Source: Octopus vulgaris | Lineage: Eukaryota | Direction of reading: 5' to 3' | Assembly: GCA_951406725.2 (NCBI GenBank) | Contig: OX597824.1 | Span: 59,086,001-59,150,000 of the forward strand | DNA length: 64,000 nt | Shown here: positions 39,214 to 51,584 of the stretch, one piece after another | Layout: each line of letters opens with the position of its first letter | Position numbering within the stretch: position 1 is the first letter of the stretch | Translations under genes and position numbers: made by a program | The notes under the pieces: model-generated | Seen by the model: the letters and a program-made list of their open reading frames with translations, nothing else | Databases searched by the model: none | Told to the model about the DNA's origin: nothing

Positions 39214-39218
<5 letters not shown>
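38624..39218 (+). mobile_element. Retrozyme-like element: 1.5 tandem copies of a ~360-nt unit plus a 43-nt 5' inverted piece
   Basis: 38663-38856 is repeated almost exactly at 39023-39218; 38624-38666 is the reverse complement of 38797-38839; contains a canonical HHR; ends in (TA)n. Confidence 0.85.
38955..38997 (+). ncRNA. Canonical type-I hammerhead ribozyme, predicted cleavage after C38991 (GUC)
   Basis: CAUGCG-CUGACGA-GAGG(CGAUUA)CCUC-GAAA-CCGG-UC-CGUGUG; all core nucleotides intact, palindromic ACCGGU stem III, stem I extendable to 38932-39020. Confidence 0.92.
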
Positions 39219-39271
<53 letters not shown>

Positions 39272-39328
39272 TTATATACATATATGTACATACTTATAAA
39301 TATGTATATGTAAATAAACACACACATG

Positions 39329-39361
<33 letters not shown>

Positions 39362-39363
<2 letters not shown>

Positions 39364-39545
39364 TCTTTCATTCTTTTACTTGATTGAGTTATTTGACTGC
39401 TGCCATGATGTAGCGCCGCCTTTAGTGGGGCAAATCGATCCCAGAACTTATTCGTTGTAAGCCTAGTACCTATTCTATCGGTCTCTTTTGCCGAACCGCT
39501 AAATTTCTGTTCTCAAGAGATGGCAGAGGAGGGGACAAAAACAGA
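39362..39545 (-). mobile_element. SINE family A tail half
   Basis: Homology to family A tail. Confidence 0.75.
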
Positions 39546-39559
39546 TCCACAAAGATATA

Positions 39560-40090
39560 CATATTATAACTGTTCTCAAAAATAGCGTTCGTAATATTTT
39601 ATCTCCTTCGGCTTAACAGCCCTTCTTATCTGTGTTACTGTTATCCTCCTTGTCCTGTCTTTTACTGTTTATATTTTGTACTATCGTTACTGTCCTGTTT
39701 TTGTTACCATTTTCACCCCTCAGCAAAAAAATCTCAAATTTTATTTAATTTACTTTTCGCGGGAAGGAATGTTTCAGTCGAAGTCGCGTCTCGCCTTCAC
39801 CTTCGAACGCGGAGTAGATGAAACCATGGCGACTGAAGAAGGGGAATTTTCCTTGTGTTATTTGTCCTGTACTCTATTTTTTCGTTGTTTAAGAAAGATG
39901 TCCAGTTCCTTGGTTTTGTGCTTATGTTTTCGTTTCTCATTGTGTTCGAAGTTTTTTTGGTGTCCTGTACCCATATATGCATGTATATATACATGTAGAT
40001 GTAGGTACGTACATATATGTACGTATATATGCATATGTTTTATTTTTAATTTGTTATTACACGACAGAACGCACGCATCCATTTCTAAGT
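39560..40090 (+). mobile_element. pLTR-like repeat related to 23435-24340
   Basis: Shared ctga.gaaggggа-type core and downstream acatgtagatgtaggtacgtacata. Confidence 0.6.
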
Positions 40091-40311
40091 AAGTTTGTTC
40101 TAAATATATATCTATAAATATATATATATATGTGTGTGTGTGTATGTATATATATATATAGAATAAAACTTTATATATAAAGAACGTGAAATTCACGAAT
40201 TGACGAACACGGAAAACAGACAGTCATTCAGAGCCTTCATTCTTCAGTCAGAAACCGATTCATCATGGCAAATTTCGGCTGTTTAATTCTGTATATATGT
40301 ATATATATGTA

Positions 40312-40385
<74 letters not shown>

Positions 40386-40487
40386 CCCACTGCGCGGCAT
40401 CTTGGGCAAGTGTCTTCTGCTATAGCCCCGGGCCGACCAATGCCTTGTGAGTGGATTCGGTAGACGGAAACTGAAAGAAGCCTGTCG

Positions 40488-40520
<33 letters not shown>

Positions 40521-40731
40521 TTGTGTGTCTGTGTTTGTCCCCCTAGCATTGCTTGACAGCCGATGCTGGTGTGTTTACGTCCCCGTCACTTAGCGGTTCG
40601 GCAAAAGAGACCGATAGAATAAGTACTGGGCTTACAAAGAATAAGTCCCGGGGTCGATTTGCTCGACTAAAGGCGGCGCTCCAGCATGGCCGCAGTTAAA
40701 TGACTGAAACAAGTAAAAAGAGTAAAAAGAG
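40386..40731 (+). mobile_element. SINE family A, 5'-truncated, low divergence
   Basis: Near-identical to 23090-23431 and 60421-60775. Confidence 0.9.
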
Positions 40732-40737
40732 TATATA

Positions 40738-40785
<48 letters not shown>

Positions 40786-40929
40786 TATTCTTTACGGGGA
40801 TGTACATAGCGAGTGACTTGATCTGAGATCGTGTGCTGTAACGAAAACAATTGCAGTGTGAAAGGTGTTTATAAGCCATTTAAGAAACACACAAAACCGT
40901 TAGATTCACTTCAACATTTAAATTTAATG

Positions 40930-40976
40930 TATCAAAATATTTTCGTCTCTTTAAGGCCGCGACCTGTTCACTGACA
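40930..40976 (-). ncRNA. Minimal hammerhead variant with G3-C8 pair
   Basis: UGUCA-GUGAACA-G-GUCGC(9)GAGAC-GAAA-AUAU-UU-UGAUA; palindromic AAUAUU stem III, 5-bp stem I. Confidence 0.65.
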
Positions 40977-41051
40977 AACCTTCGTGCAGCATGAAGCTTC
41001 CACGCTGCATATATATTCTTATATATACATATATTTACATTTATATATATG

Positions 41052-41099
<48 letters not shown>

Positions 41100-41300
41100 A
41101 ACACACGCACACACAACTTAGAAGTAGTGCTACGCATGTGCCAGCACACACGAGCTTGAGACATGGCCGCCCTCACGCACTTCCCATAAGGAAGTCGGGA
41201 AGGAGCTTCGTGAGCCCACTGTAGAGACGTTTCCGGTAGAAGAAAAAACATTGGAAAGAAATCCATTGGATTGTAGCAGTGACTCGATCAGTTCCTAGGG

Positions 41301-41340
41301 ATATCTGAAGAAGGAATCTTTGTATTCCGAAATATTATAT
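41301..41340 (+). ncRNA. Minimal type-I hammerhead
   Basis: AUAU-CUGAAGA-A-GGAAU(CUUUGU)AUUCC-GAAA-UA-UU-AUAU. Confidence 0.72.
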
Positions 41341-41829
41341 ATGACTATGGATGATTAGCTTATAACAATTTTTATAGTGCGTTGTTGTGCCATTCAGAAC
41401 ATTATATTTTGCAGATAATGCACAATGCTTCAAGCGAACTACACTACTCTCCTATATGTATGTACATGAGTAAAGAAATATATATGTATGTACATATAAT
41501 CATCTATATCATATGTGTTTTTGTCAGCGTTGATGTATAGATTGTGATAGGTAGCTAACGGTCCTTTACGTTCAAAACACACCCGCATAAACGTTGCTTT
41601 CTTTACTCGATCCTTGAGGAATAATGTAACGTAGCGTTGAAATATACAGGCAGATATAATAATCTAACTCCTTCCCCTTATTTCTGTACCTTATATACAC
41701 ATCCATGTGTCTGTGTGTGTTTGTGCGTGTGCGTGCATGTGTGTGCATGTACTTATGTGTGTGTTGCATGTGTGTTTATCTGTGTGAATGTGCGTATGTG
41801 CGCATCGCTCTCTCTTTTTCTCTCACCCA

Positions 41830-42660
41830 TATAGACACTCGCATAAACATACAGGCCCCGACACAAGCACATACACAAAAAAACAAAACACATACACACA
41901 CACAAAAAACACTCTCACCCAGTCATACCCACCCATTCACACACCCTTCAAACAACGCACCCACACGCCACCCAATTCCTCTTTCCGTCTCACACACATA
42001 CACACACACGCGCACACACATACATACAGAGCCATTCTCACCCATTCACACAGCCTACACCCACCGTTCACACACCTTTCAAAAAATACACCCACACCCA
42101 ACCTCATCCCTCTCTCCCTCTCACACACGCGTGCACAGACACACGCATGCAGGCACAAACGCACATATACCTCCACACACAAGACCTTCAACACACACAA
42201 CATACACATCCATATCCACCCATCCACATTCCCTTCAGACTGCTTCAGACTGCCTCTCAGACACCCTTCAACCTGCCTCTCACTACTGACCATCCCATCT
42301 ACGCATACGTGCAAAAACTCACGTACGCACACACAAACACACTGTCACAACCACCCATACACTCACCTCTCACTACAGTTGCTGACCTCTCCCTGTGACA
42401 TTAACACACACACACACTGACCACTCACACAACGCAAACACATGTAAACAGTTAATACCACACACCACACACACATGCACACACACACACAATTACCACC
42501 ATAAACACACACGCTAAAACGCACACATACACATACCACCACCAGATGCACACACCCTACTACGCACACACAAACACATTCAGTTACTGCCATACTCATA
42601 CACACTATCATACAAACACATGCCATCACACACACACATGCACACACATACGCACAGATA
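41830..42660 (+). repeat. CA-rich degenerate low-complexity tract
   Basis: Composition. Confidence 0.8.
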
Positions 42661-42724
42661 CCGACCATTCTTCACCATCTCCTGTCCCAGAAAGCATGTT
42701 TCTTTTTGTCCAACTATTTCTGGT

Positions 42725-42910
42725 CATTTCAAAAAATGTGCCTAAACGTGGACTGTTGGCGATTTTTTCTTCCTTCTTTTTCTTTTGAACCTTCCAATGT
42801 CTCCTGTTTCCGAAGAAGAGCTATGCTCGAAACGTAAAACAGCTGCTCTTTCTTTCCTTGACAGTCTTATTATTAGTCTGCATGTGCCACGTCCTCGCGT
42901 TGTTTTATTA
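42725..42910 (+). mobile_element. pLTR-like family P1 with HHR at 42806-42840 (U4C)
   Basis: GUUU-CCGAAGA-A-GAGC(UAU)GCUC-GAAA-CG-UA-AAAC. Confidence 0.72.
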
Positions 42911-42946
42911 TTTTTTTTGTCTTATTCCTCCGTTTATTAATTAACG

Positions 42947-43098
42947 ATTGTGTGGTATGACGCCTGCTTTCCAACCACATGGTTCTGGGTTCAGTTCCAC
43001 TGCGTGACACATTCGGCAATTGTCTTCTGCTATAACCTCGGGCCGACCAAAGCCCTGTCATTGGATTTGGTAGACGGAACCTGAAAGGAGCCCGTTGT
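42947..43098 (+). mobile_element. SINE family A, 5' half
   Basis: Homology to family A head. Confidence 0.8.
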
Positions 43099-43239
43099 AC
43101 ATATATATATATATATATATATGCTTATATATATGAATAAAAAAAAATGGAGTTAACGCAGGTGTAATCAAATGTTTTTACTTTCGACACATGTTTCGAA
43201 AATTTCCGTGTTAATTGTTAACAAGGTAAAAATACACTC

Positions 43240-43313
<74 letters not shown>

Positions 43314-43315
43314 TG

Positions 43316-43420
<105 letters not shown>

Positions 43421-43597
43421 AAGTATTAATTTATAAAAATATGGTAAAGTAAAAAAATTCACTTTACCGCACACCGAACTTTTCAGAAATAGCAGCCAAA
43501 AATTTGGCTATTTCTTCAACTGCATAAAAGTCTCCATAATGCATATATATCACATAGGTATAAGGGAAAAACAATGAAAGATCATCCATATAAGATA

Positions 43598-43659
43598 TCC
43601 GAGAACAGCCTGTTTCTGGATTCGTGGGTTAAACGCCACTTTTCCTTCATCAGCTCAGA
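43598..43659 (-). ncRNA. Type-I hammerhead with A.A at the base of stem II
   Basis: UCUGAG-CUGAUGA-A-GGA aaa GUGG(8)CCAC gaa UCC-A-GAAA-CAGGCUG-UU-CUCGGA. Confidence 0.72.
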
Positions 43660-43892
43660 GATTTCTTCTGATTTGGATTTGAAAATACTAAGAACCAAAC
43701 ATACCCATCCGATATCTGTAACATCGGACAAACTATCTGGACACCCAGTACTAGCGAATCCAAAAATACAAATGAGATCTATTATTATCCCTGTCCACCC
43801 ACGTGAGTCATAGAGTAGTGCATTTCTACAGAGGCGAAAATTGTAGTTCAAATTCTTGGATTATATTGTCATTAAAAAGGGTAGAATTTAAT

Positions 43893-43958
<66 letters not shown>

Positions 43959-43959
<1 letters not shown>

Positions 43960-44332
43960 TCACCGTGACCGACCAGGCTATCAGATGTTGCTACACATCG
44001 CTGGTCACAATGCGCTTCGCATTGTTTTAGCCTTCAAATGACGCCACCCCGCTGGCTAAGTGAGCAGGCCAACAGAAGAAGGAGTGAGAGAAAGTTGTGG
44101 CGAAAGAGTACAGCAGGTATTGCCACCACCCTCTGCCGAAGCCTCGAGGAGCTTATGGTGTTTTCGCCCAATAAACACTCACAACGCCCGGTCTGGGAAT
44201 CGAAACCGCGATCCTCCGACCGCGAGTCCGCTACCCAAACCACCAAAAGCAAAGAGAATTGCGTTGAAGATACAATTGTCAACCCCTTTAACATTAATTC
44301 AGAAGTGTGTACTTCATTTCATCAAACGCCTC

Positions 44333-44335
<3 letters not shown>
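43959..44335 (-). mobile_element. SINE family B with an ~84-bp foreign insert in the head
   Basis: Family B homology; 44244-44327 is foreign. Confidence 0.85.
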
Positions 44336-44365
<30 letters not shown>

Positions 44366-44376
44366 GTATATATATG

Positions 44377-44432
<56 letters not shown>

Positions 44433-44438
44433 TATAAA

Positions 44439-44521
<83 letters not shown>

Positions 44522-44523
<2 letters not shown>

Positions 44524-44653
44524 GACGAGCTTCCTTCAGTTTCCCTCTACTAAATCCACCGGAAGCTTTCGTCGGTCCAAGGCTATAGTAGAAGACAGTT
44601 GCCTAGTGTGCCACGCAGTGGAACTGAACTCGGAACCACTCTGCCACACTCCT
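44522..44653 (-). mobile_element. SINE family A, 5' half, degenerate
   Basis: Homology to family A head. Confidence 0.7.
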
Positions 44654-44672
44654 CTCGAGACAGCGATTTTAT

Positions 44673-44761
44673 ATCACCTGAGGAGATACGGCCATGACTT
44701 AATTTAAATTTATGTCCTGTATATATGTGGATGTATGTTGTATCGAAACAGGTGTAGTGGT
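44673..44761 (+). ncRNA. Type-I hammerhead with long loop II, GUA site
   Basis: AUCAC-CUGAGGA-GAUACG...UGUAUC-GAAA-CAGGUG-UA-GUGGU. Confidence 0.78.
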
Positions 44762-44830
44762 CATTAAACAGCTGTCGAATCCTACTCCATCTTACGTTTG
44801 ACTTTATTTATTGCTTAATTTTTATTTATG

Positions 44831-44874
<44 letters not shown>

Positions 44875-44935
44875 ATAAATGGTGGGGTTGTGTTGACCGC
44901 ACGTGGAGAAATGATAAGTAAGGAAAAATTTTAAT

Positions 44936-44985
<50 letters not shown>

Positions 44986-45240
44986 GTTATGCATGTATAT
45001 ATATAAAGTATGTTATATATAATATATATATATATATATAACAAAATTAGAGAATGGAGAAACATACTTAAATCAGTAAAACATCAACTATCCGATGATA
45101 CTCAATCCATACTTTAATACACCATTACATATGAGTAAAGGCAATATATAAAATGAAATGAGATATACAGTAATAGTAAAAAGATAAAGAGATATAAGTA
45201 AAAAATAAAAAATTTCAAATATAATATGCAAATAAATCAA

Positions 45241-45354
45241 AACTGACAGCTGTTTCGGCAGTGAGGGCAGTCATACCTCATTTAACCTATAAGCCATAAA
45301 GGCAGGTATAAATGAGGCATTAACAAGGATGCCCCACGGCCTCTTCAGAGAATT
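45241..45354 (-). ncRNA. Type-I hammerhead with extended rod-like stem II, GUC site
   Basis: CUGAAGA-GGC c GUGGGG...CCUCAUUU...AAAUGAGG...CCUCAC u GCC-GAAA-CAGCUG-UC; palindromic ACAGCUGU stem III, weak stem I. Confidence 0.7.
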
Positions 45355-45732
45355 AAATTAAATTTGTTATAATAGTGAAAAATATTATATAATCATATAC
45401 ATATAAATATAAAAATATAAAAATGTAAAATATAAAAACTTATACATCATAATGCTACACTTATATAATATAATACACATTTGTACAAAAAAGGAAGGTA
45501 AACAGAACAAAATAAAACAAAATATATAACAGTGTATATATTAATATTAATAAGTACCGATATTATACATATTTGGCTAATAGTTTTTTTATATAAAAAA
45601 AAAAGCTAACACATATGGAGATGAAAAATAATAATTAAAACCATGTTACAGTTCATAAAATTCTAAAGCTATAAAAGTTAATAAAAATTACTATTAATAT
45701 TAATAATAATAATAATAATAATAGTAATAATA

Positions 45733-45789
<57 letters not shown>

Positions 45790-45869
45790 TAATAATATAT
45801 ATATATAATATGTTATGCATGTATATATATAAAGTATGTTATATATAAATATATATATATATATATATA

Positions 45870-46054
45870 CTTTTTTTATCTGTTTCAGTAATTTGACCGC
45901 AGCCACCCACGCTGGAGCATCGTCTTTAGTCGAACTTATTCTTTGTAAGCCTAGTACTTATTCTATCGGGTATTTTGCCGAACCGCTAAGTTACGGAGAC
46001 ATAAACACACCAGCATCGGTTGTCAAGCGACGGTGGTGGGAACAAACATATGCG

Positions 46055-46086
<32 letters not shown>

Positions 46087-46545
46087 CGTGATCACCGTGA
46101 CCGACCAGGCTATCAGATGTTGTTACACATCGCTGGTCACAATGCGTTTCGCATTGTTTTAGCCTTCAAATGACGCCACCCCGCTGGCTAAGCGAGCCAA
46201 CAGAAGAAAGAATGAGAGAAAATTGTGGCGAAAGAGTGCAGCAGGGATCGCCACCACCCCCTACCGGAGCCTCATGGATTTTAGGTGTTTTTCGCTCAAA
46301 AAACACTCACAACGCCAGGTCTGGGAATCGAAACCGCAATCCTACGACCGCGAGTCCGCTGCCCTAACCACTGGGCAATTGCGCCTCCACGACGGGCTTC
46401 TTTCATTTTCCGTCTACCAAATCCATTCACAAGCCAGAGGCTATAGTAGAACGCACATGCCCAAGTTGCCACGCAGTGGGACTGAACCCATATCCATGTG
46501 GTTGGGAAGCAAGCTACTTACTACTCAGCCACGCTTACGCCTGCT
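45870..46545 (-). mobile_element. SINE family A (45870-46050 + 46390-46545) interrupted by a SINE family B copy (46082-46390)
   Basis: Nested insertion in the internal (TA)n of SINE A. Confidence 0.85.
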
Positions 46546-47258
46546 TACCACACACACAAGGATAGATGCATGTAGATATAAACAAATACAGCTATAGAAA
46601 ACGTCATATTCATATGCAAATGAATGCTCAGTTGTGATATTTTATACATATCTGAGTTATTCGTCATACACAAGCATGCATATACGTCTAAACAACAAAA
46701 TACATTTATGTACGCACACATATATATGAACATATTCACACGCACATTCGCAGATTTGATTCAATTAAATCGTCATGTCTTTTGACACAAATCCACACCA
46801 GCTTATTAATTACTCTCAACATCTATCAAATTAATCTAAATCTTAATCTCAATCTAGTTTATTCATCAATCTTTTACGATTATGGCTGCCTAAACCATCG
46901 AACTCACGCCCTTTCGTTGCCATCCCTACCCTGTATAGTCTTCTTTATTTTCTTCTTCCCCTTCCATTTTCTTCACTTTAAGCTGCCTGTTTATCTGATC
47001 GTCTGCTCAGACATTTTCTCTCACTCACCCTCCCGCTCCATACACATACTCAATCTCTGTATCTCTTTAAAGTTCCCTCACAACCTCATTCTTTATTTGT
47101 ATTACTATAGTTTTCTCCTATGGTCGTCTGCTCCAACATTTCTCTCAAACACATTTACGTAACATCCCTTCCTTCATCACACTGCCCTTCTCTTTGTCTC
47201 TCTGTCTCTGTTTCTGTCTCTCTCTCCCTCTCTCTCCATCCATCTATCTATCTATCTT

Positions 47259-47328
<70 letters not shown>

Positions 47329-47592
47329 CCTTTCGTTTACCATTATCATTTGATCATATCTGATAGTTTAATCAAACAATTTTTCTAATCTTCATTCTTA
47401 ATGCCTTTCTAATCTTTGTATTTCACCCTCACCTTAATCTCTGACTGTCTCCTGGACGTTTTTCGTATTTTTTCTCCTGTTTGTATACATACATACATAC
47501 ATACATACATACATACATACATACATACCATACATATATATATATATTGCAAATGAAAGACAGAAGATGGAATATAAGAGAATTTATCATTA

Positions 47593-47698
47593 ATCACGAC
47601 ATTTGTTTCGACACATCTAGCATCGATTCCTCTTGGGTGGGACACTCAACAATTGGTTGAGTACCATCCGGTGGTGCAGATGTATCTTATCAGGTGAT
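47593..47698 (-). ncRNA. Type-I hammerhead with G8A substitution
   Basis: AUCAC-CUGAUAA-GAUACAUCUG...UAGAUGUGUC-GAAA-CAAAUG-UC-GUGAU; 10-bp stem II. Confidence 0.7.
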
Positions 47699-50600
47699 AA
47701 ATAAATACAACTCATAAAAATGACTGTTCCGCAATGTAACTTACCGTTTTGTAGAGCGAAAAGCAGCCAGACGGAGGAAATATCTTCATTTATATATAAA
47801 ATCAAAAATTAAATCACTAAAAGAGAAACGAACACGCAATCCATGGAGAAAATTATTAAAAATAACCGTTAACACGTATGGATGTATAAACGCCCTCAGG
47901 CAAGCTGCATGATGGCACCGGTAATCTCGCTCATATAAGCATCCGCAAAAATGTTAATATACGCACACGTGAGGTTTGGTGCACTCATGACACCAAAGCG
48001 AGTTATTTATCAACTTGGTGTTTATAAGAATGGGGAGGTTAAAAGTAAACTTTAGTCATCCATATGCGCGCGCGCGCGTGTGTGTGTTTGCGCACGCATT
48101 GTTTTCTAACATAGTCAGAAGCCCGTAAAGTTTGAGGGAATCAATTATCAATTATTATATCAACTTTACACGAGTATATGGCCGGTACTTGTTTTATGAG
48201 CATCAAAACAACAAAATAGTAAAATCGATACCTAAGGGATTTGACCGAGCAAAATATAAAGACTTAATTAATTCCCTAACATGGTTTTTCGGATGTTCAG
48301 CCAATTCACTGCCTCTGTACGTGTAATATTATGCATTACTATGTTAAATATATTAAGATTGTGCTTAAATTCTGGTCGGGAAGAAAACTGATATTCCCCT
48401 TGTACAACCACAAATTATGATAGCAATGTCACACTTTATGATGAATCAGTAATGCGCACCATGAATGATATAATGATTGAATTTATTGTTCATTATTCTT
48501 CATTGAAAGTACAATTAGTCGTCATTAGCGAGCGTGTGTGTTTTGACAGTCAGCATGCATTTGCTAGTTGTTGTAAATACTTGTGTGTTCAAGAGCACCC
48601 ATGCAGTCCCTCTCAGCTCTCTCACCCGTCTCTCAGTAGAAGTTCCAGGATGGGACAACTGGACGAGAGTGGGCTGCACCACCACCACCACCACATAGCA
48701 AGTATTCATTGCAGTTAACTTGATTGGAGCAATGTAAAATGAAGCCCCCTGCTCAAGGATACAACCACCCGGTCAAGGAATTGAACGTTCGACTTTACGA
48801 TCGAAAGACGTCCACTTTGACTATTTAGCAACTCAATTTCCAAAGATACAAGTCATTGGTGTAACCACCTTTTTATAGCAGTTAATTTGTATCAGATAGA
48901 AACTTTTGAATGAAGATATCTACATTAGTTGTGAGTTTAACTCGCAAAGATGTGAAACAAGATTTTATAACAGAAAACATAAGAATTCTTAAGCAAAAGG
49001 AAAGGTGACAACTTCAAATAACTTATTCGTTAAAGTGAGTTGTGTAACAATTTTTGGATAAAACCATCACCTTCTATTAGAGAACATATACGGTATGTTC
49101 ACATCTACGATTAGGTACAAATGCTGAACATTTTAGTGGGGGGGATCAAGAAAATAGTTGTAATAAATTCATTTATTTTCCAAGGAAAATTAGCAATGTA
49201 AGTGAAGTGATACAAGGTATCGAAACTGGTCTGTAGATTTTTGTCTAGCTTCAAATATCACAGTTTTTACAAAGTTTTTATGTTGATTACTCGCTCCACT
49301 TCTTCCTCTGGTCTTTAAATAATAAATCATTTGTCATAATTTGAAAAATGATTTAGTTATTCGTATTTTCATTAAAAAACATTGTCATCCATTGAGGCGA
49401 TATAAATCACATAAACCGCCATCTTGAATGTCGTTGGGAAACTTTTTATGTAGGTATTGATGTCCACCTTGTTTTTTGACATTTTTGACTAATGTCATAC
49501 ATAGAGTCAATAAACAACAATCACCATTTTACTGACAATTCAGCTATGCTCAGAGTCAGAGATAGGACTCAAAACAGGAAAGCATTTCATTGCGTTTGGG
49601 TCACAATCTTATCTCTTTTGGCTTTATCCACGGCGCCTTTTCATCGGTTTCCGAGCTAATAGAGAAGCAGCTACACAATCACTTGATCTCTAACATATAA
49701 CAACCCACAATACAAAAATATAAAGGACAAACAAAATAATAGAGCCCTAAGTGTCACTAAAATGTCGTGAGGTAACGGCTGAGAAATCTTTTGTCTGATA
49801 TTTCAGTGTTGATAAGGGATTAAACAGCAACAAGACATAACTTGAGGAGCAGCAGAAAACAAGGAGGCTATGTTTTGTTCGTTCGACCCGCTAGGAATAA
49901 TAGGTAAATCTGCTGGTAAACAACGCAACTATCTTGTAAAAGAATGACACTTTTGATAATACGGCCCTGGATGTGGTTATCAAGAAAACTATATATCAGC
50001 TCATTCACCCACTTCAAAAGCGAGGCCTTAAGATCCTTAACATAGTAAAGACTGCACTAAATAGAAAGGTATTTCTCTTCAAGACTAGAAACGATTACAG
50101 CCAACAACAGCTTCTAATGATCTTTAACCAAACTTAATTTGACATTCATAGGGAGGTAATGTTTCCATCACTAGAAGGAACCAACTATCAAATACTGTTC
50201 TTACATCTGAGATAGCGCTGCTGTCGCTGCACAGACAAATATCATAGACCTACAATCTATTGTATTCATATCTTGTACGTTGCTATTCTTTACACACAGA
50301 CATTGCAGACCACATCCAAAATAAGGCCACCTGTGTTATTGTTGTTTAGCACCCAAACGTCATTGATGAAATTGGTCTATGATAGACTGCATCAAAGTAG
50401 TGACCATCTTGTCATATATTCAACCATATACTATCTATTAGGATAATATTATCAAATATATCCACCCATTTTGAAGACCGTATCGACGGATTTGAAAGAC
50501 ATTAAAGCTGTTAATAGAGCAGACTGAGTCTCCATCATCGGTTCTTTCCGAATTGGAATATATAATTCGTTATAATATGGTTGTCTGGGAGCTCGATTCC

Positions 50601-51111
50601 TGGTCCATACAGTTTATATGTGTTTCGGAGCCGTGGGTCAGAACTGAAAGTCTCTACAGAAAGAGTGTACGAAGACGTGGAGGGGAGTCATATTTTGCAT
50701 CTTCTATATACATAGACTACACAATTAACTCAATCATCAAACATAAGATAATATTGTTACTTGTATACTTCTCGTTCCTACACTCTCTCGCTCTTCTACC
50801 GCTTGTTCTTCCTTTACTTCTATCTTTCTCTCCTTCTCCTCCCTCCCTCTCTCTCTCTCTCTTTCTCAGTTTGCAATAATATTATAAGGACCGAGCTTCT
50901 CATTTAATTCCTTCTAACAGAAAAATGTCAGTGGTAAGACTCCAAATGTAGGTCATAAAATACAGAGCCACACATATACCTCTGTATGCGTATGTCTCTG
51001 TCTCTGTCTGTCTGTCTGTCTCTCTCTCTCTTTTTCCCTCTCTCTCTCTACACACACGCACACATAAATACATATATGTATACATATATATATCTACATA
51101 TATATATATAC

Positions 51112-51155
<44 letters not shown>

Positions 51156-51550
51156 GTATATACATACATACATACACATATATATCTATCTATATATACA
51201 TATATACATACATATGTATATATACATATATATATACATATAAATGTACACACATATATATACATATACATACATATGTATATATATATACGTACATATA
51301 TGTATATATATATATATATATACATACACACACACACATATATAAATATATATATATATATATATACATACATACATATACACACACACCCATCTACTGT
51401 TTAATGTTTTACCTCTGCCTATGTATACGTGTTTACACATATAATTATATACTATAATATATTACTGCAGTTTACCCTAGGGGGTTTTGCCATATATAAT
51501 TTAAGTCATTTTTATCAAGTATTCGATAGACGTGTGAACCTGAACTCACT

Positions 51551-51584
<34 letters not shown>

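Noticed and set aside
38512-39480. SINE tails on both sides of the retrozyme-like insert as a target-site duplication
   Set aside because: The two tails differ at many positions while the internal repeats are near-identical, so they are independent SINE copies.
43180-43205. GAAACATGTGTC half motif (a similar one at 17570-17585)
   Set aside because: Only the stem III side survives and no core strand was found.
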